Positions 58,110 to 64,000 of a DNA stretch of 64,000 nucleotides are shown in pieces. Position numbers and translations under genes: made by a program. Source of the DNA: the human T2T-CHM13v2.0 reference genome, Homo sapiens; assembly GCF_009914755.1 (NCBI RefSeq), contig NC_060925.1, one strand, 5' to 3'. The notes below the pieces were generated by a model that saw only the letters and a list, made by a program, of their open reading frames with translations, ran no database searches and was not told the origin of the DNA. The stretch's first letter is position 1, and every line of letters begins with the position of its first letter.

Positions 58110-61100
58110 GGAATCATCATCGAATGGAATCGAATGGGATCATCAAATGGAATCAGATGGAATCATCATCAAATGGAATCGAATAGAATTATGGAATGAA
58201 ATCCAATGTGATCATCATTGAATGGACTCGAATGGAATCATCATCCAATGGAAACTAATGGAATCAACATCGAATGGAATCGAATGGAAACACCATCGAA
58301 TTGAAACGAATGGAATTATCATGAAATTGAAATGGATGGACTCATCATCGAATGGATTCGAATGGAATCATCGAATGAAATTGATTGAAATCATCATCAA
58401 ATGGAATCGAAAGGAATCATTGAATGGAATCGAATGGAATCATCATCAGATGGAAATGAATGGAATCATCATAGAATGGAATAGCATGGATTCATAGAAT
58501 GGAATCAGATGGAATCATCGAATGGACTTGAATGGAATCATTGAATGGACTCGAATGGAATCATTATTGAATGGAATTGAATAGAATCATCGAATGGTCT
58601 CGAATGGAATCATTATCAAATGAAGTCGAATGGAATCACCGAATAGAATCGAATGGAACAATCATCGAATGGACTCAAATGGAATTATCCTCAAATGGAA
58701 TCAAATGGATTTATCGAATGCAATCGAATGGAATTATCGAATGCAATCGAATAGAATCATCGAATGGACTCGAATGGAATCATCGAATGGAATGCAATGG
58801 ATTAATCCATGGACTCGAATTCAATCACCATCGAATACAATCGAATGGAGTCATCGAATCGACTCAAATGCAATAATCATTGAAAGGAATCGAATGGAAT
58901 CATCGAGTGGAATCGAATGGAATCATGATCAAATGGAATCGAATGTAATCATCATCAAATGGAATCAAAAATAAACATCACGAATTGGTATTGAATGGAA
59001 TTGTCATCAAATGGAATTCAAAGGAATCATCATCAAATGGAACCGAATGGAATCCTCATTGAATGGAAATGAAAGGAGTCATCATCTAATGGAATCGCAT
59101 GGAATCATCATCAAATGGAATCGAATGGAAGCATCATCAAATGGAATCTAATGGAATCATTGAACGGAATTGAATGGAATGGTCATCGAATGAATTGAAT
59201 GCAATCAACGAATGGTCTCGAATGGAACCACCTCCAAATGGAATGGAATGGAATCATCACATAGAATCGAATGGAATTATCATCGAATGGACTCGAATGG
59301 AATCAACATCAAACGGAATCAAACGGAATTATCGAATGGAATCGAAGAGAATCATCGAATGGACTCGAATGGAACCATCTAATGGAATGGAATGGAAGAA
59401 TCCATGGACTCGAATGCAATCATCGTCGAATGGAATCGAATGGAATCATCGAATGGACTCGAATGGAATAATCATTGAATGCAATCGAATGGAATCATCA
59501 TCGGATGGAAACGAATGGAATCATCAAATGGAATCAGATGGAATCATCATCAAATGGAATCGAATAGAATTATGGAATGAAATCCATTTTGATCATCATC
59601 GAATGGACTCGAATGGAATCATCATCCAATGGAAACTAATGGAATCAGCATCGAATGGAATCGAATGGAAACACCATCGAATTGAAACGAATGGAATTAT
59701 CATGAAATTGAAATGGATGGACTCATCATCGAATGGATTCGAATGGAATCATCGAATGAAATTGATTGAAATGATCATCAAATGGAAACGAATGGAATCA
59801 TTGAATGGAATCGAATGGAATCATCATCAGATGGAAATGAATGGAATCATCATAGAATGAAATCGAATGGATTCATTGAATGGAATCAGATGTAATCATC
59901 GAATGGACTTGAATGGAATCATTGAATGGACTCGAATGGAATCATTATTGAATGGAATTGAATGGAATCATCGAATGGTCTCGAATGGAATCATTATCAA
60001 ATGGAATCGAATGGAATCACCGAATAGAATCGAATGGAACAATCATCGAATGGACTCAAATGGAATTATCCTCAAATGGAATCGAATGGAATTATCGAAT
60101 GCAATCGAATGGAATAATCGAATGCAATCGAATAGAATCATCGAATGGACTTGAAAGGAATCATCGATTGAAATGGAATGGAATAGTCAAAGAACTCGAA
60201 TGGAATCATCATTGAATGGAATCATCGAGTGGAATCGAATGGAATCATGATCAAATGGAATCGAAAGTAATCATCAAATGGAATCAAAAATTACCATCAT
60301 CAATTGGTATTGAATAGAATACTCATCAAACGGAATTCAAAGGAATCATCATCAAATGGGACCGAATGGAATCCTCATTGAATGGAAATGAAAGGAGTCA
60401 TCATCTAATGGAATCGCATGGAATCATCATCAAATGGAATCGAATGGAATCATCATCAAATGGAATCTAAGGGAATCATTGAACGGAATTGAAAGGAATC
60501 GTCATCGAATGAATTGAATGCAATCAACGAATGGTCTCGAATGGAACCACCTCCAAATGGAATGGAATGGAATCATCGCATATAATCGAATGGAATTATC
60601 ATCGAATGGACTCGAATGGAATCAACATCAAACGGAATCAAACGGAATTATCGAATGGAATCGAAGAGAATCATCGAACGGACTGGAATGGAATCATCTA
60701 ATGGAATGGAATGGAAGAATCCATGGACTCGAATGCAATCATCATCGAATGGAATCGAATGGAATCATCGAATGGACTCGAATGGAATAATCATTGAACG
60801 GAATCGAATGGAATCATCATCGGATGGAAAAGAATGGAATCATCATCGAATGGAATCGAATGGGATCATCAAATGGAATCAGATGGAATCATCATCAAAT
60901 GGAATCGAATAGAATTATGGAATGAAATCCAATGTGATCATCATTGAATGGACTCGAATGGAATCATCATCCAATGGAAACTAATGGAATCAACATCGAA
61001 TGGAATCGAATGGAAACACCATCGAATTGAAACGAATGGAATTATCATGAAATTGAAATGGATGGACTCATCATCGAATGGATTCGAATGGAATCATCGA

Positions 61101-63860
61101 ATGAAATTGATTGAAATCATCATCAAATGGAATCGAAAGGAATCATTGAATGGAATCGAATGGAATCATCATCAGATGGAAATGAATGGAATCATCATAG
61201 AATGGAATAGCATGGATTCATAGAATGGAATCAGATGGAATCATCGAATGGACTTGAATGGAATCATTGAATGGACTCGAATGGAATCATTATTGAATGG
61301 AATTGAATAGAATCATCGAATGGTCTCGAATGGAATCATTATCAAATGAAGTCGAATGGAATCACCGAATAGAATCGAATGGAACAATCATCGAATGGAC
61401 TCAAATGGAATTATCCTCAAATGGAATCAAATGGATTTATCGAATGCAATCGAATGGAATTATCGAATGCAATCGAATAGAATCATCGAATGGACTCGAA
61501 TGGAATCATCGAATGGAATGCAATGGATTAATCCATGGACTCGAATTCAATCACCATCGAATACAATCGAATGGAGTCATCGAATCGACTCAAATGCAAT
61601 AATCATTGAAAGGAATCGAATGGAATCATCGAGTGGAATCGAATGGAATCATGATCAAATGGAATCGAATGTATTCATCATCAAATGGAATCAAAAATAA
61701 ACATCACGAATTGGTATTGAATGGAATTGTCATCAAATGGAATTCAAAGGAATCATCATCAAATGGAACCGAATGGAATCCTCATTGAATGGAAATGAAA
61801 GGAGTCATCATCTAATGGAATCGCATGGAATCATCATCAAATGGAATCGAATGGAAGCATCATCAAATGGAATCTAATGGAATCATTGAACGGAATTGAA
61901 TGGAATGGTCATCGAATGAATTGAATGCAATCAACGAATGGTCTCGAATGGAACCACCTCCAAATGGAATGGAATGGAATCATCACATAGAATCGAATGG
62001 AATTATCATCGAATGGACTCGAATGGAATCAACATCAAACGGAATCAAACGGAATTATCGAATGGAATCGAAGAGAATCATCGAATGGACTCGAATGGAA
62101 CCATCTAATGGAATGGAATGGAAGAATCCATGGACTCGAATGCAATCATCGTCGAATGGAATCGAATGGAATCATCGAATGGACTCGAATGGAATAATCA
62201 TTGAATGCAATCGAATGGAATCATCATCGGATGGAAACGAATGGAATCATCAAATGGAATCAGATGGAATCATCATCAAATGGAATCGAATAGAATTATG
62301 GAATGAAATCCATTTTGATCATCATCGAATGGACTCGAATGGAATCATCATCCAATGGAAACTAATGGAATCAGCATCGAATGGAATCGAATGGAAACAC
62401 CATCGAATTGAAACGAATGGAATTATCATGAAATTGAAATGGATGGACTCATCATCGAATGGATTCGAATGGAATCATCGAATGAAATTGATTGAAATGA
62501 TCATCAAATGGAAACGAATGGAATCATTGAATGGAATCGAATGGAATCATCATCAGATGGAAATGAATGGAATCATCATAGAATGAAATCGAATGGATTC
62601 ATTGAATGGAATCAGATGTAATCATCGAATGGACTTGAATGGAATCATTGAATGGACTCGAATGGAATCATTATTGAATGGAATTGAATGGAATCATCGA
62701 ATGGTCTCGAATGGAATCATTATCAAATGGAATCGAATGGAATCACCGAATAGAATCGAATGGAACAATCATCGAATGGACTCAAATGGAATTATCCTCA
62801 AATGGAATCGAATGGAATTATCGAATGCAATCGAATGGAATAATCGAATGCAATCGAATAGAATCATCGAATGGACTTGAAAGGAATCATCGATTGAAAT
62901 GGAATGGAATAGTCAAAGAACTCGAATGGAATCATCATTGAATGGAATCATCGAGTGGAATCGAATGGAATCATGATCAAATGGAATCGAAAGTAATCAT
63001 CAAATGGAATCAAAAATTACCATCATCAATTGGTATTGAATAGAATACTCATCAAACGGAATTCAAAGGAATCATCATCAAATGGGACCGAATGGAATCC
63101 TCATTGAATGGAAATGAAAGGAGTCATCATCTAATGGAATCGCATGGAATCATCATCAAATGGAATCGAATGGAATCATCATCAAATGGAATCTAAGGGA
63201 ATCATTGAACGGAATTGAAAGGAATCGTCATCGAATGAATTGAATGCAATCAACGAATGGTCTCGAATGGAACCACCTCCAAATGGAATGGAATGGAATC
63301 ATCGCATATAATCGAATGGAATTATCATCGAATGGACTCGAATGGAATCAACATCAAACGGAATCAAACGGAATTATCGAATGGAATCGAAGAGAATCAT
63401 CGAACGGACTGGAATGGAATCATCTAATGGAATGGAATGGAAGAATCCATGGACTCGAATGCAATCATCATCGAATGGAATCGAATGGAATCATCGAATG
63501 GACTCGAATGGAATAATCATTGAACGGAATCGAATGGAATCATCATCGGATGGAAAAGAATGGAATCATCATCGAATGGAATCGAATGGGATCATCAAAT
63601 GGAATCAGATGGAATCATCATCAAATGGAATCGAATAGAATTATGGAATGAAATCCAATGTGATCATCATTGAATGGACTCGAATGGAATCATCATCCAA
63701 TGGAAACTAATGGAATCAACATCGAATGGAATCGAATGGAAACACCATCGAATTGAAACGAATGGAATTATCATGAAATTGAAATGGATGGACTCATCAT
63801 CGAATGGATTCGAATGGAATCATCGAATGAAATTGATTGAAATCATCATCAAATGGAATC
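58110..63860 (+). repeat. Near-perfect 2726-bp tandem duplication (1407+1319), about 2.1 copies
   Basis: Identical ORF translations at offset 2726 (58571/61297, 59174/61900, 59867/62593, 60518/63244, 60616/63342). Private variants shared by the two copies: CCATTTTGATC, GAATAGAATACTCATC, AAATGGGACCG, CTAAGGGAATC and GGACTGGAATGG. Confidence 0.9.
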
Positions 63861-64000
63861 GAATGGAATCATTGAATGGAATAGAATGGAATCATCATCA
63901 GATGGAAATGAATGGAATCATCATAGAATGGAATCGAATGGATTCATTGAATGGAATCAGATGTAATCATCGAATGGACTCGAATGGAATCACCGAATGG

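Larger units (their letters stand above)
1..64000 (+). repeat. Satellite II (HSat2/HSATII) pericentromeric tandem array, GGAAT-strand orientation throughout
   Basis: Seen: continuous GAATG/GGAAT pentamers interleaved with CATCATCGA, TCGAATGGA and GGACTCGA, forming 23/26-bp units (reverse complement CATTCGATTCCATTCGATGAT). Established: (CATTCGATTC)n with ATG/ATC triplet insertions and 23/26-bp units defines HSat2, whereas HSat3 has long pure (CATTC)n runs. Pure GGAAT runs here are only 3-4 pentamers long. Confidence 0.97.
40389..64000 (+). repeat. Domain 4: young, homogeneous HSat2 domain with 1.14-1.41 kb units
   Basis: Landmark at 40389, 41796, 42935, 44100, 45507, 46829, 48151, 49558, 50697, 52104, 53243, 54650, 56421, 57560, 58967, 60286, 61693 and 63012 (spacings 1407, 1139, 1165, 1407, 1322, 1322, 1407, 1139, 1407, 1139, 1407, 1771, 1139, 1407, 1319, 1407, 1319). 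ORF-track starts repeat at the same offsets (40596, 42003, 43142, 44307, 45714, 47036, 48358...). Shared markers: ATCAACGAATGG, GGAACCA(T/C)CTCC and GGAAGAATCC. Confidence 0.9.

Noticed and set aside
1-64000. CRISPR-like repeat/spacer array or another novel prokaryotic system
   Set aside because: There are no unique spacers and no cas or other genes. Every interval is itself satellite sequence.
1-64000. Assignment as HSat3, alpha satellite or telomeric repeat
   Set aside because: There are no long pure (GGAAT)n runs, no 171-bp monomer or CENP-B box that I could see, and no TTAGGG. The 23/26-bp CATCATCGA pattern fits HSat2.
1-64000. Specific chromosome or HSat2 subfamily assignment
   Set aside because: Unit sizes alone are not decisive. 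This needs mapping to T2T assemblies or subfamily-specific k-mer classification, which I cannot run.

Overview
The whole 64 kb window is one uninterrupted, single-orientation array of human/great-ape Satellite II (HSat2/HSATII). It is built from degenerate GGAAT pentamers arranged as 23/26-bp units such as AATGGAATCATCATCGAATGGAATCG, and is rich in TCGA. I see no genes, RNA genes, transposon insertions, CRISPR arrays or inversions; the ORF track is a translation artefact of the repeat. I found no new gene system. What is informative is the internal architecture, which I mapped by hand with a once-per-unit landmark (AAAAATAACCATCATCAATTGGTATTG, 37 copies). The layers are: (0) a highly diverged ~3.1 kb layer without the landmark; (1) an irregular patchwork at ~3.1-20 kb; (2) a lineage with private variants at ~20-28 kb; (3) a distinct lineage at ~28-40.4 kb, built on a ~1358+n*468 bp unit; (4) a young, homogeneous domain at 40.4-64 kb with a small alphabet of unit lengths (1407/1139/1165/1322/1319 bp) and competing higher-order periods (2546, 7762, 4317 and 2726 bp). 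Coordinates were counted by eye, and domain boundaries are approximate (roughly +/-100-200 bp). The chromosome and HSat2 subfamily cannot be assigned without a search.
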